Assembly (NCBI GenBank): GCA_038229915.1
Contig: JBBRNY010000004.1
Coordinates: forward strand, 1-52,642
Reading direction: 5' to 3'
DNA: 52,642 bases
Source: Candidatus Kapaibacterium sp.
Lineage (GTDB): Bacteria > Bacteroidota > Ignavibacteria > Palsa-1295
Made by a program: the position numbers and the translations under genes. This document shows, piece after piece, positions 17,885 through 26,779 of the stretch. Numbering within the stretch: the stretch's first letter is position 1; each line of letters opens with the position of its first letter. Under the pieces are notes generated by a model, which had not been told where the DNA came from, ran no database searches, and was given only the letters and a program-made list of their open reading frames with translations.

Positions 17885-19195
17885 ATGCGTTCAATAACCC
17901 ACAAAATATTTGTTGTTTTATTAGGATTTTCAACCATTATCGGCTGTAAGCATTCATCGACAGCGTTGGTCATACCTGACCTTCAGCCTCGAGCGGGTGA
18001 TTCGACCTCAAAAGAGTTTCTAAAAGCTCAGGGAGCCGTATCAAAACTCCGCACTCAGATACAACAACACCCCGAAACGGTAAAAAACTATACCGATCTT
18101 GCGCAAGTCTTTATTCAAGAATCACGTATTACCGGAAAGCATCACGACTACTATCCTGTCGCCGAATCTCTCCTTGTCGCTGCCCTTTCGCATGACTCTA
18201 TTTACTTCGATGCATTAGTGCTTCGCTCAAGTATCGAGATGACCAAGCATCGTTTTGCCGAGGCAAAGACGACCGTCACAAAAGCTATTTCTTACAACGA
18301 TCACAACGCAGGGTCTTTTGGCATACTCGCTGATGCAAATACCGAGCTTGGATTATATGACGAAGCAGTAAAAGCCGTTGACAAGATGATGGCCGCGCGA
18401 CCGGATCTTCGTTCGTATGCAAGAGCTTCCTATCAACGCGAGATCCGTGGCGACCGCGATGGTGCTATTGCTGCGATGAAGCTTGCTGCCGATGCAGGCG
18501 CGTTCGGAGAAGAAAATCGTGAATGGGCAATGTACCAATTTGCAAATCTTTTCTTGCAATGGGGTAAACTCGATACTGCAAAATTTATTTACAACGGCAT
18601 CCTCGAAGAACGACCGAATTTTGGTTATGCGCTCAGCGGTCTCGCCATGGTTGCCGCAGATAAAGGCGATTATGGCACCGCGATCGGTGATCTTGTCAAA
18701 GCCGCACAAATTTTACCTGAGCATATTTTTATCGAACAGCTCTCAGATATTTATGTCGCTATGGGTGATACTGCCAATGTCCGTACCATTGAAGAAAAAG
18801 TATTGCAAGCGTTCGATCTCCACGAGAAAGATGGTTGGAACATTGCCCGCGAATATGCAATGTATTGTGCAAATCACAATATTCATTTGAAGGATGCTCT
18901 GGCACAGGCTGAGATGGATTTCAAATCTCGTCCGGAAAATATCGACGCTCTTGATACGTATGCTTGGATATTGTTTAAGAATAATCGAGCCGCCGAAGCA
19001 AAACCATTGATCGAGAAAGCACTACGATTCCACCCGCTCAATGCTTCGCTCTATTTCCACGCCGCAATGATCGCAAATGCGAACAACGACAAAGTAGCAA
19101 CACAAACCTATCTCTCACAGGCACTTTCGACCTACTTGCCGCCGATCTACAAGAACGAAGCAAAAAAACTTTTTGCACAAGTCGTCGCAAAATAA
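17885..19195 (+). CDS. Tetratricopeptide-repeat lipoprotein
   Basis: Lipobox TIIGC (start moved to 17885) and TPR helices. QESRITG and RPDLRSYARASY.REIRGD resemble TPR proteins I associate with DUF4331/HupE loci. Confidence 0.85.
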   Translation: MRSITHKIFVVLLGFSTIIGCKHSSTALVIPDLQPRAGDSTSKEFLKAQGAVSKLRTQIQQHPETVKNYTDLAQVFIQESRITGKHHDYYPVAESLLVAALSHDSIYFDALVLRSSIEMTKHRFAEAKTTVTKAISYNDHNAGSFGILADANTELGLYDEAVKAVDKMMAARPDLRSYARASYQREIRGDRDGAIAAMKLAADAGAFGEENREWAMYQFANLFLQWGKLDTAKFIYNGILEERPNFGYALSGLAMVAADKGDYGTAIGDLVKAAQILPEHIFIEQLSDIYVAMGDTANVRTIEEKVLQAFDLHEKDGWNIAREYAMYCANHNIHLKDALAQAEMDFKSRPENIDALDTYAWILFKNNRAAEAKPLIEKALRFHPLNASLYFHAAMIANANNDKVATQTYLSQALSTYLPPIYKNEAKKLFAQVVAK

Positions 19196-19203
19196 TTACG
19201 GCA

Positions 19204-19692
19204 ATGCACTTTCCACTATATTCCGTTGTATTGATGCTATCGACATTGTTGCGTTTTCATAGTGTTCATATCAGCTATGCGACCGCGACAATTTATCCCG
19301 ATAGTGTTCACCTCAAAGTGTCTTACTACAAAGATGACTTCACCAAAGCCGTTGATAATTGGTACGAAGGCAAGAACAGTCAGTTTACACCCGAACAAGT
19401 AAAAGATGCTGAAGCCAAATACTTCAAAGAGTATTGTAGAATGTGGTCGGGTCAGAATTTCACGCATCAACTGATACAGAGTTCATGCTCAAGAACCGAC
19501 GACGCCACTTCGCTTATTTTTGAAGCAGGTTATCGTAGCGACATTCCGATCAAACAATTAACCATTGATCATCGCGTCATCTGTAAGGAATATAACGACC
19601 AGATGAATATTATGACTGTTACCGGTATTGGCGACACTCGAAACATTATCTTTACTCAGTCGAAACCAACTGCTGTCATTTCACCGAATTAA
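19204..19692 (+). CDS. DUF6702-like secreted protein
   Basis: Short hydrophobic leader followed by HSVHISY and a C-terminal DQMNI motif. Confidence 0.6.
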   Translation: MHFPLYSVVLMLSTLLRFHSVHISYATATIYPDSVHLKVSYYKDDFTKAVDNWYEGKNSQFTPEQVKDAEAKYFKEYCRMWSGQNFTHQLIQSSCSRTDDATSLIFEAGYRSDIPIKQLTIDHRVICKEYNDQMNIMTVTGIGDTRNIIFTQSKPTAVISPN

Positions 19693-19695
19693 GTT

Positions 19696-20259
19696 ATGGA
19701 TCTTTTTGCAACGTTTTTTAAGATCGGACTCACCCATATCGTTGAAGGTTACGATCATCTGCTCTTTCTTCTTGCGCTGATCATCGTCACGAAGGAAACA
19801 AAAGCCTTGCTCTCGGTCATTTCTGCATTTACTATTGCCCATTCGACCACTCTTATTCTGAGCGCACTTGGTATTATTAGTCTGCCTCCTGAGCTTACCG
19901 AATCACTGATCGCCCTTTCGATTGTCTATGTTGCCTTAGAGAATATTATCCGCCCCGATCCCAAAGGCCGTTGGATCGTTGCCGGTAGTTTTGGCCTCAT
20001 ACACGGAGCCGGGTTTTCGGGGCACTTGACAGACATTCTCAAAGGTATGCTACAAGGCGGAAACATTTGGTATCCGCTCATCGGATTTAATGTCGGTATC
20101 GAAGCCGGTCAGCTGATCGTGATCGCCATCACGCTCCCCTTACTTGCACTGGTGCGGAAATATAATAAAGAAGAAGTATTTGTGCACGAGATCTCGAGGG
20201 TCATTGCCGCCGTCGGAGCTGTTTTACTCGTTTGGCGAGCTTTTGGTATTAATTCTTAA
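19696..20259 (+). CDS. HupE/UreJ family membrane protein
   Basis: Motifs GLTHIVEGYDHLLFL, AFTIAHSTTL, ESLIALSI, FGLIHGAGF and FNVGIEAGQ. Confidence 0.92.
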   Translation: MDLFATFFKIGLTHIVEGYDHLLFLLALIIVTKETKALLSVISAFTIAHSTTLILSALGIISLPPELTESLIALSIVYVALENIIRPDPKGRWIVAGSFGLIHGAGFSGHLTDILKGMLQGGNIWYPLIGFNVGIEAGQLIVIAITLPLLALVRKYNKEEVFVHEISRVIAAVGAVLLVWRAFGINS

Positions 20260-21109
20260 ATAAGAGCTTATCGGTCACTTTCATCGCATCAACGGTTTCT
20301 TTTACGTCGTGCGTCCGAATGATCTTTGCTCCATTGAGCGCCCCCCATACAGCCCCTGCGAGGCTCCCAGCGAGCCGTTCGGAAGGAGGGGCATCACCCA
20401 GTATCCTACCAATAGTCGATTTACGAGAGATACCCAAAACCATCGGCACCCCCAGCTTTTCGAAACGACGATGATGCTTCAGTAAACTAATATTATCCTC
20501 AGCTCCTTTTGCAAAACCAAAGCCAATATCAGCAAGGACAACGCTCACTCCGGCTTCGCGAGCCAACTCGATCCGCTTTCGTAGCCAAGTAAAAATATTA
20601 TTGACCACATCGTCATACTGATACTCATCAATTGAAGTTCTCTCGAATTGCGGCCCATAGCCGTGCATAAGGATTATTGGCGAATCCTGCTTTCGTGCAA
20701 CTTCGAACATTGCTGCATCAGCAGTTGCGCCACTCACATCATTGATAATACTTGCGCCCAACGAAAGAGCTTCCTCAGCAACTTCCGCGCGAAAGGTATC
20801 GATCGAAATGATCGCTTCGGGATGCTGATTGACAATACCTGTAATTACCGGCGCAACACGCGCCAATTCTTCTTCGGGACAAATAAGCTCAGCACCTGTT
20901 CCATAATTATTGCCCGCTGGTCTGGTCGATTGACCGCCGATGTCTATAATATCCGCTCCTTCGGAGATCATCTGTGATGCTCGGTTGATCGCAGCGGTCG
21001 TATCGAGGTACTGCCCGCCATCAGAAAATGAGTCAGGGGTAACATTCAGCACTCCCATCACGAGGGTATGCGATGCGGCGAGGAGATTCAAAAATTGTTC
21101 GTTTGGCAT
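20249..21109 (-). CDS. folP: Dihydropteroate synthase
   Basis: Motifs MGVLNVTPDSFSDGG, IDIGGQSTRP, INDVSG, DIGFGFAK, GISRKS and RTHDV. Confidence 0.97.
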   Translation of the reverse strand: MPNEQFLNLLAASHTLVMGVLNVTPDSFSDGGQYLDTTAAINRASQMISEGADIIDIGGQSTRPAGNNYGTGAELICPEEELARVAPVITGIVNQHPEAIISIDTFRAEVAEEALSLGASIINDVSGATADAAMFEVARKQDSPIILMHGYGPQFERTSIDEYQYDDVVNNIFTWLRKRIELAREAGVSVVLADIGFGFAKGAEDNISLLKHHRRFEKLGVPMVLGISRKSTIGRILGDAPPSERLAGSLAGAVWGALNGAKIIRTHDVKETVDAMKVTDKLLFKN

Positions 21110-21143
21110 AAAAGAAAAACGACGACATCGCTGTCGCCGTCTT
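21110..21143 (-). terminator. Intrinsic terminator of the small basic ORF, abutting the folP start
   Basis: Minus strand reads AAGACGGCGACA-gcga-TGTCGTCGTTTT-TCTTTT, immediately followed by the folP ATG. Confidence 0.7.
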
Positions 21144-21171
21144 AATGAAACACAAGTTCAAAAAGTGATCG

Positions 21172-21291
21172 TTAGGCTTTCTTGGCGCTACGACTGCTTT
21201 TGGCGGCAGCCTTGGCGACTTTGATCTTTGCTTTGATCTTTTCTACTTTCTTTTTATGCTTCTGCTTAGCGACTTTACCTTTTTTGTTCAT
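21172..21291 (-). CDS. 39-aa Lys/Ala-rich basic small protein (not in the ORF track)
   Basis: Manual translation gives MNKKGKVAKQKHKKKVEKIKAKIKVAKAAAKSSRSAKKA*. It has an upstream TAAATTTG -7 element and its own terminator. Confidence 0.75.
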   Translation of the reverse strand: MNKKGKVAKQKHKKKVEKIKAKIKVAKAAAKSSRSAKKA

Positions 21292-21314
21292 AGATATAAT
21301 TAAGATATAATATA

Positions 21315-21322
21315 CAAATTTA
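21315..21322 (-). promoter_or_regulatory. -7 promoter element (TAnnTTTG) for the small basic ORF
   Basis: TAAATTTG on minus, 23 nt upstream of the ATG. No clear -33 TTTG. Confidence 0.5.
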
Positions 21323-21329
21323 CGACATT

Positions 21330-21992
21330 CTAGTGGGCATTCCCTTTATTCCAGTTTGGGATGTATCCGTCGTTGCGGATCAGATCATTGATCAACTCAA
21401 TATCTCGCACCCTTGGCAAGAGATCAATCAGATGTTTTTTCAGTACTTCGAGCCGCTGATTCTCGCTTTTTACGAGCAGGAGCGTCTGTCGTTGTTCAGG
21501 CGAAAGCCCTGATTTCTGGGCTACAGCAAACGATGGTTGCATCGGTTCGGACTTCATCATTGATGCGTCGATCATCTCAACGGTGCCTTTGTAGGCGACC
21601 TCACAAAGCTCATTAAAGAGCCCGATCACCTCGATTGCCAGTTCTTCGTCACGAACTTCTGGGTCGTCGTCGATCCACTGAATTTGTGCATACGAAAGCT
21701 CGTTTGGCTCGCCTTGCTCAAACTTGACGACTTCGTATCGCCGAACCCCTTCGGTCACAATATCGAGCTTCCCATCAGGATAGCGTTTAGTGACTTCTGC
21801 AATTCGTGCCGCACAGCCAACCGAGTGCATATTTTGATCTTCGATAAAATTTATACCGAAGATCCCTTTTTGCTTCAGCACATTGAGACACAACTTTTTG
21901 TAGCGGTCCTCAAAGATATGCAGAGGGATACGCGAAGCCGGAAACAGCACGACGCCAAGTGGGAACACCGGTATGCGTTCAATTTCGCTCAT
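21330..21992 (-). CDS. Stand-alone Lon protease substrate-binding (Lon-N) domain protein
   Basis: Motifs IPVFPLGVVLFP...PLHIFEDRY, VGC.A.I and GVRRYEV; no AAA+ or protease domain. Start moved to 21992. Confidence 0.9.
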   Translation of the reverse strand: MSEIERIPVFPLGVVLFPASRIPLHIFEDRYKKLCLNVLKQKGIFGINFIEDQNMHSVGCAARIAEVTKRYPDGKLDIVTEGVRRYEVVKFEQGEPNELSYAQIQWIDDDPEVRDEELAIEVIGLFNELCEVAYKGTVEMIDASMMKSEPMQPSFAVAQKSGLSPEQRQTLLLVKSENQRLEVLKKHLIDLLPRVRDIELINDLIRNDGYIPNWNKGNAH

Positions 21993-21994
21993 TC

Positions 21995-22201
21995 CTATTG
22001 TTGTTCTTCCTGCCAAAGTTCATACCAAGCCATTTGTACCGCCTCAAGCTTTGCCTCGTTCGAGAGATGAATATCATCTTCCCAGTCCGCCAACGCCGCA
22101 ATCCAATCACGAAGATCGGTATATCGTACCGACAACGGATCAACCCCAGGCTTAGCAAGTTGTAAGGCTTCGGCTATATCTTCAATGTCTTTCCAGAACA
22201 T
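21995..22201 (-). CDS. iscX: Fe-S cluster assembly protein IscX (YfhJ)
   Basis: W.D..DIAEAL, DPLSVRYTDL..W and SNEAKLEAVQMAW; lies after fdx. Confidence 0.95.
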   Translation of the reverse strand: MFWKDIEDIAEALQLAKPGVDPLSVRYTDLRDWIAALADWEDDIHLSNEAKLEAVQMAWYELWQEEQQ

Positions 22202-22221
22202 AATAATTGTTGAATTAAGAA

Positions 22222-22563
22222 TTATGCCCCTGTTGCACCTTCGTGGAACAAATGGGCGATCGAAGCATTTAATTGTGGGATCTGCACGACAAGATCAACA
22301 TCTTCGGTCAAGCGTGACTGACATCCAAGACGCGAATCAAGGGTCAGCCCTTCGGCTTCGTCGAGCTGATCCGCTTCGTCGTCAAGCTGTTCGGTCAAGG
22401 CATTCATCCCTTGTGTGACGATCACATGGCAGGTCGAGCATGCGCAGACACCGCCGCAATTGTGTTGTAAGTCAATGCCATTAGCGAGCGCAACGTCCAA
22501 GACGCTATCGCCAATAAGTGCTTCGCACGTAATGTGCATTGGTTCGAAAGTGATCGTAGCCAC
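22222..22563 (-). CDS. fdx: ISC-type [2Fe-2S] ferredoxin
   Basis: HNCGGVCACSTCHV and SRLGCQ. Confidence 0.95.
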   Translation of the reverse strand: MATITFEPMHITCEALIGDSVLDVALANGIDLQHNCGGVCACSTCHVIVTQGMNALTEQLDDEADQLDEAEGLTLDSRLGCQSRLTEDVDLVVQIPQLNASIAHLFHEGATGA

Positions 22564-22591
22564 AAGGGATAATTAAGAATGAAAGATAGTA

Positions 22592-23224
22592 TTATCGAGC
22601 AGCGAATTTTTTGTAGCGATCATTCACTCTGCCCCAATGAATATCAGCAATAAAGTTATCAATATAAGCGGCGCGCTTCGGTCCGTCTTTATGGTAGTAT
22701 GCATGTTCGAAGACATCACAAGCAACAAGCGGCACCGCACCCCAGACAGCACCGTAGTGATGCTCATCGACAAGGACGTTGCGAAGCTGACCTGAGCCGA
22801 GTTGATCGACGATCAACACTCCCCAACCAGAAAGTTTTGCAGAAACAGCGCAGGCTTTAAAGTCAGCTTTCCAGGCATCAACCGTTCCGAAATCACGCTC
22901 GATCATTGACAGAACATCTGGTGCTTTTGATGTGTCACCATCACCACCAAGATTTTCCCAATAAAGATCGTGAAGCACGTTGCCACCATGATTCCAAGTC
23001 CAACGGCGTTTCAGCTCACCATAAATCGAATAATTACCATTGGCCTTAGCAGCATCAGCAGTTTCAAGCGCTTTTTCGATCTCGTTTAACTTATCGACAT
23101 ATCCCTTGTGATGTGCATTGTAATGCCAATCGCTCGTTTCGGCATCAACAACTTTCGCAAGAAGAGTTTTTGCTTCTTCGTTTGAATACGGACGGGGTTT
23201 GAGTTTGTAATCGTATGCTTTCAT
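22592..23224 (-). CDS. Fe/Mn superoxide dismutase family protein (divergent, Aquifex-like)
   Basis: Metal-ligand motifs HYNAHHKGYV, NHGGNVLHDLYW and DVFEHAYY; also SGWG and IHWGRVNDRY. Confidence 0.9.
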   Translation of the reverse strand: MKAYDYKLKPRPYSNEEAKTLLAKVVDAETSDWHYNAHHKGYVDKLNEIEKALETADAAKANGNYSIYGELKRRWTWNHGGNVLHDLYWENLGGDGDTSKAPDVLSMIERDFGTVDAWKADFKACAVSAKLSGWGVLIVDQLGSGQLRNVLVDEHHYGAVWGAVPLVACDVFEHAYYHKDGPKRAAYIDNFIADIHWGRVNDRYKKFAAR

Positions 23225-23239
23225 ATTCGTTATTGATAG

Positions 23240-25126
23240 TTACGCATGTTCAATAGCCTTGCCACTCAAAGCCTGAGAAACAGATGCGTTTAAGATCTCA
23301 TGAGCCATCGGCTCGGTTCGCTGTTCGAGGGTCTCGGTCAGCGCCAAAATTTCTTTTGCGTCATCAGTGGAAATTGCTTTTCGCAAAGCATAGAGAGAGT
23401 CAATGATCTGATCGATCTTTAACGCTCCGAGCGATTCTTTTGAAAGAATGATCGTACCACGACGAATGTCGCCTAATACTTTTTCGGTTGCATTGGCAAC
23501 GCGCTCACCTTCGGTTTTTGCTTCGCCGAGTCTTCGAGCGGCTATATCTTCTTTTGCATGAATAATACTTTCACGAAGCATACGCTCGATCTCCTCGTCG
23601 GTCAGACCATACGAAGGTTTTACTTCGATCTGCTGAGCAATGCCGGTATGGGTTTCGAGCGCACTTACGTGCAAAATACCATCGGCATCGATCATAAACG
23701 TCACTTCCACTTTCGCAGCACCCGCCGGAAGCGGAGGAATGCCTTTGAGTGTGAATGATGCAAGGTGGCGGTTGTCTTGCACAAGGTCGCGCTCGCCTTG
23801 AAAAACATTGATCTCTACACCGGTTTGATTGTCGGCAAAAGTCGTATAAGCTTCTTTTGCTGTCGTCGGGATGGTTGTGTTACGAGAAATGATCGTACTC
23901 ATCATCGATCCGATCGTTTCGATACCAAGCGAAAGCGGCGTCACATCAAGTAGTAATATCTCTGACATCCCCCCCGAAAGAACATTTGCCTGTATCGCAG
24001 CACCAAGTGCAACCGTTTCGTCCGGATTGAGTGAGTCATGGGGCTTCCTCCCGAAAAGCTCTTGCACCAACTGCTTCACCATTGGCATTCGTGTTGAGCC
24101 GCCGACAAGAACAACTTCGTCAATTCCACTTGCTTTGATATGAGCATCAGCAAGTGCATCGATACAAGGTTGCTTTGTTTTGTCAAGTATTGGGCGAGCC
24201 ATCATTTCAAGTTCGCCGCGAGAAACGTTACGTTTATAATTTATAGATAATCGTGGAAGTTGGAGATCAACTGTGACATTTTGTGCGTCGCTCAAAGCGA
24301 TCTTTGCGCGCTCGGCTTCTTGGCGTATTTGCTGAAGCTCTTCGGGAGTTGGGGTAAAACTTGGCTCGATCCGTTGCAATTGCGAAATAAACAACTCCAT
24401 CAAACGACGATCAATGTCATCGCCACCAAGATATGTATCACCGTTAGTCGAAAGAACTTCGAAAATTCCGTTGGTGAGTTTTAAGATCGAAACATCAAAG
24501 GTACCACCACCAAAATCATAGATCGCGATGATCCCGTTCTTCTTTTTATCAAGCCCATAAGCCAGTGCAGCCGCTGTTGGCTCGTTAACAATACGCAACA
24601 CATCAAGCCCAGCAAGGCGTCCGGCGTCTTTGGTAGCTTGGCGTTGCGAGTCATTAAAATAGGCTGGCACGGTGATAACAGCTTTGGAAACCGGTTCGCC
24701 AAAATATTTTTCGGCACGTTCTTTCAGCTCTTTCAGAACAAATGATGAAAGTTCGATCGGGGTATATTCACGATTCCCAATTCCGACACGAACCAGACCC
24801 TCGTCGCGAGGCACCAATTTGTACGAGAGCATCCCTGATTCTTTTTTTACATCAGAAAAGGATTTGCCCATTAATCGCTTCACTGAGTACACCGTATGTC
24901 CTGCATCAATAAGTGCACGACGCTTTGCCGGAGTACCGACAGCCATCACTGCGCCATCGTCATCTAATGTAACGACTGAAGGCACAAGTCCACCATCGCG
25001 ACCCGGAATCACTTTCGCTTCGCCTGCTTCGACGTATGCAACAAGAGAATTTGTTGTACCAAGATCTATCCCGACGACTTTGCCGCCTGTTTGTTCTTGC
25101 CCTGGTAATGAAATTTGTAGTGGCAC
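23240..25126 (-). CDS. hscA: Fe-S protein assembly chaperone HscA
   Basis: Hsp70 motifs ([21 protein letters not shown]) plus HscA-type N-terminal [15 protein letters not shown] and VKPSYGL; ISC context. Confidence 0.93.
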   Translation of the reverse strand: MPLQISLPGQEQTGGKVVGIDLGTTNSLVAYVEAGEAKVIPGRDGGLVPSVVTLDDDGAVMAVGTPAKRRALIDAGHTVYSVKRLMGKSFSDVKKESGMLSYKLVPRDEGLVRVGIGNREYTPIELSSFVLKELKERAEKYFGEPVSKAVITVPAYFNDSQRQATKDAGRLAGLDVLRIVNEPTAAALAYGLDKKKNGIIAIYDFGGGTFDVSILKLTNGIFEVLSTNGDTYLGGDDIDRRLMELFISQLQRIEPSFTPTPEELQQIRQEAERAKIALSDAQNVTVDLQLPRLSINYKRNVSRGELEMMARPILDKTKQPCIDALADAHIKASGIDEVVLVGGSTRMPMVKQLVQELFGRKPHDSLNPDETVALGAAIQANVLSGGMSEILLLDVTPLSLGIETIGSMMSTIISRNTTIPTTAKEAYTTFADNQTGVEINVFQGERDLVQDNRHLASFTLKGIPPLPAGAAKVEVTFMIDADGILHVSALETHTGIAQQIEVKPSYGLTDEEIERMLRESIIHAKEDIAARRLGEAKTEGERVANATEKVLGDIRRGTIILSKESLGALKIDQIIDSLYALRKAISTDDAKEILALTETLEQRTEPMAHEILNASVSQALSGKAIEHA

Positions 25127-25135
25127 TAAAAAAAA

Positions 25136-25720
25136 TTAATATAGTTCTGGAAATAATTTACGCTCGGTGCATTCGATAGCGATGTGAATTACTTTGATAT
25201 GTAATTCTTGGATACGGTCGGTGGTCTTGCCGGGCGCGATGATCGCAACGTCGCAAAGCTCTTTCATCTTACCACCATCTTTACCAAGTAAGCCGACAAC
25301 TTTCATACCTTTGTTACGAGCCGTCTCTGCTGCAAGTAGAATGTTTTTACTATTACCTGAAGTCGTGATCCCAACAAATACATCTCCGGATTCACCAAAA
25401 GCTTCGACCATTCTCTGAAAGACAAATTCAAAACCATAGTCATTGGATGTACAGCTCATGTGTGACGGATCGGCGAAGGCAATAGCCGGAAGAGGCTTGC
25501 GATCCTTGCGATAGCGCCCTGTCCATTCCTCAGCAAAGTGCATTGCATCACAATGGCTTCCGCCGTTACCGGCACTATAGACTTTTTTGCCAGTCGTGAA
25601 TGCCGTTTCGAGAATGTTTACGAACTCGTTGATCTTCCCAAGCGACTCATCGCTCGAAAGGAATTCGTGAACTGCATGTTCTGCTTCGAGCAGTGATGCT
25701 TTGATGTGTTGGATACTCAC
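25136..25720 (-). CDS. gmhA: D-sedoheptulose-7-phosphate isomerase
   Basis: GNGGSHCDAMHFAEE.TGRYR, SC.SNDYG, TSGNSKN and DRIQELHIKVIH match E. coli-type GmhA. Confidence 0.92.
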   Translation of the reverse strand: MSIQHIKASLLEAEHAVHEFLSSDESLGKINEFVNILETAFTTGKKVYSAGNGGSHCDAMHFAEEWTGRYRKDRKPLPAIAFADPSHMSCTSNDYGFEFVFQRMVEAFGESGDVFVGITTSGNSKNILLAAETARNKGMKVVGLLGKDGGKMKELCDVAIIAPGKTTDRIQELHIKVIHIAIECTERKLFPELY

Positions 25721-25725
25721 AATTT

Positions 25726-26310
25726 TTAATGTCTTATGATGAGTGTCTTGCCTTCTTTTGCGGCGACAAGGGTTTCGTATAACGTTTGCAAGTACGATCT
25801 GGTGGCAAGAGAACGCGTCAGTGCTTCAAGAATCCTCTTCTCATCCGGGCTTTGCTCACTACCCGGAACACTATGCTCAGGAATGCTATCCCACTCATTT
25901 CTCATTGCGTCGATCTCTGACTTATGCGAAGCTATTCTAGCACTCAGATCTTGTTCGATGCTCAAGAGTTCACCGCCAAGTTTTGCACCGCTCTGCATCT
26001 GCTCGACAAATTCCTGCACATTCATTACCAACTCCAACAGATCCATCGGCACTTGCTTCGATCGCTCGACCGAATAGCCATAAATGGATAGCAAATATTT
26101 TGCCCGTGACATTGGCTCGCGAAGAATACGGTATGCTTGATTAATGAGGCTCGATTGCTCGAGCGATTCGGCAACAGCAACTTCCCCTTTTGTTGCTGAT
26201 CTATCGGGATGGTAACGACGCTGTAATTCGTGAAAACGCCGCTCAAGTTGAGCGGCGTCTTCGTCACGAAATTTGTGAGATATACCTAATGTGGTGAAAT
26301 GATCGTTCAC
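25726..26310 (-). CDS. hscB: Fe-S co-chaperone HscB
   Basis: J-domain with YHPDR, SSLINQAY.IL.EP..RAKYLL and LELVM. Start moved to the GTG at 26310 to remove the iscA overlap. Confidence 0.92.
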   Translation of the reverse strand: MNDHFTTLGISHKFRDEDAAQLERRFHELQRRYHPDRSATKGEVAVAESLEQSSLINQAYRILREPMSRAKYLLSIYGYSVERSKQVPMDLLELVMNVQEFVEQMQSGAKLGGELLSIEQDLSARIASHKSEIDAMRNEWDSIPEHSVPGSEQSPDEKRILEALTRSLATRSYLQTLYETLVAAKEGKTLIIRH

Positions 26311-26348
26311 AGTTGTTTTTTCCCTGCTGAGAGGGAAATTAATGGCTC

Positions 26349-26768
26349 TTAAACTCCGAATGAACTTCCGCAACCACAAGTCTTCGAGGCGTTCGGATTG
26401 TTGAACACGAATCCTCGACCGTTGAGACCATCGGTAAAATCAAGCTGTGTACCTGAAAGATAGAACAGCGACTTCGGGTCGATAAATAATTGAACGCCAT
26501 CGATCTTCAAGGTTTTATCACCTTCACGAGGTTCTTTATCAAAACCGAGTGAATATGAAAGTCCCGAGCAGCCGCCGCCCTTTACACCGACACGGAGACC
26601 ATACGTATCCGGGATGTTATTGGCCGCCATAATTTTGGCTACTTCGAGACGAGCTTTCTCGCTCAGCGAGATCTCTTCTTCGATATTCTCGAACGCTTTT
26701 TCGACAGTCGTCTCTTCAAGAGACGGCATCGCTACTACTTCTTGCTCCATCGTTTCCATAATATTCAT
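26349..26768 (-). CDS. iscA: A-type Fe-S carrier IscA/HesB
   Basis: LRVGVKGGGCSGLSY and NPNASKTCGCGSSF; acidic N-terminal extension. Confidence 0.93.
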   Translation of the reverse strand: MNIMETMEQEVVAMPSLEETTVEKAFENIEEEISLSEKARLEVAKIMAANNIPDTYGLRVGVKGGGCSGLSYSLGFDKEPREGDKTLKIDGVQLFIDPKSLFYLSGTQLDFTDGLNGRGFVFNNPNASKTCGCGSSFGV

Positions 26769-26779
26769 TCTTTCTAAAT

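Noticed and set aside
20249-20259. Convergent stop overlaps (HupE/folP 11 nt; DMFase-like/GT9 4 nt) as antisense regulation
   Set aside because: Short 3' overlaps are common in compact genomes, and nothing else supports a regulatory role.
23240-25126. Calling this Hsp70 dnaK
   Set aside because: The N-terminal LQIS.PG, VKPSYGL and the hscB/fdx/iscU context indicate HscA; no grpE or dnaJ is nearby.
25136-25720. DiaA instead of GmhA
   Set aside because: GGSHCDAMHFAEE and QELHIKVIH retain GmhA catalytic and metal-binding residues.
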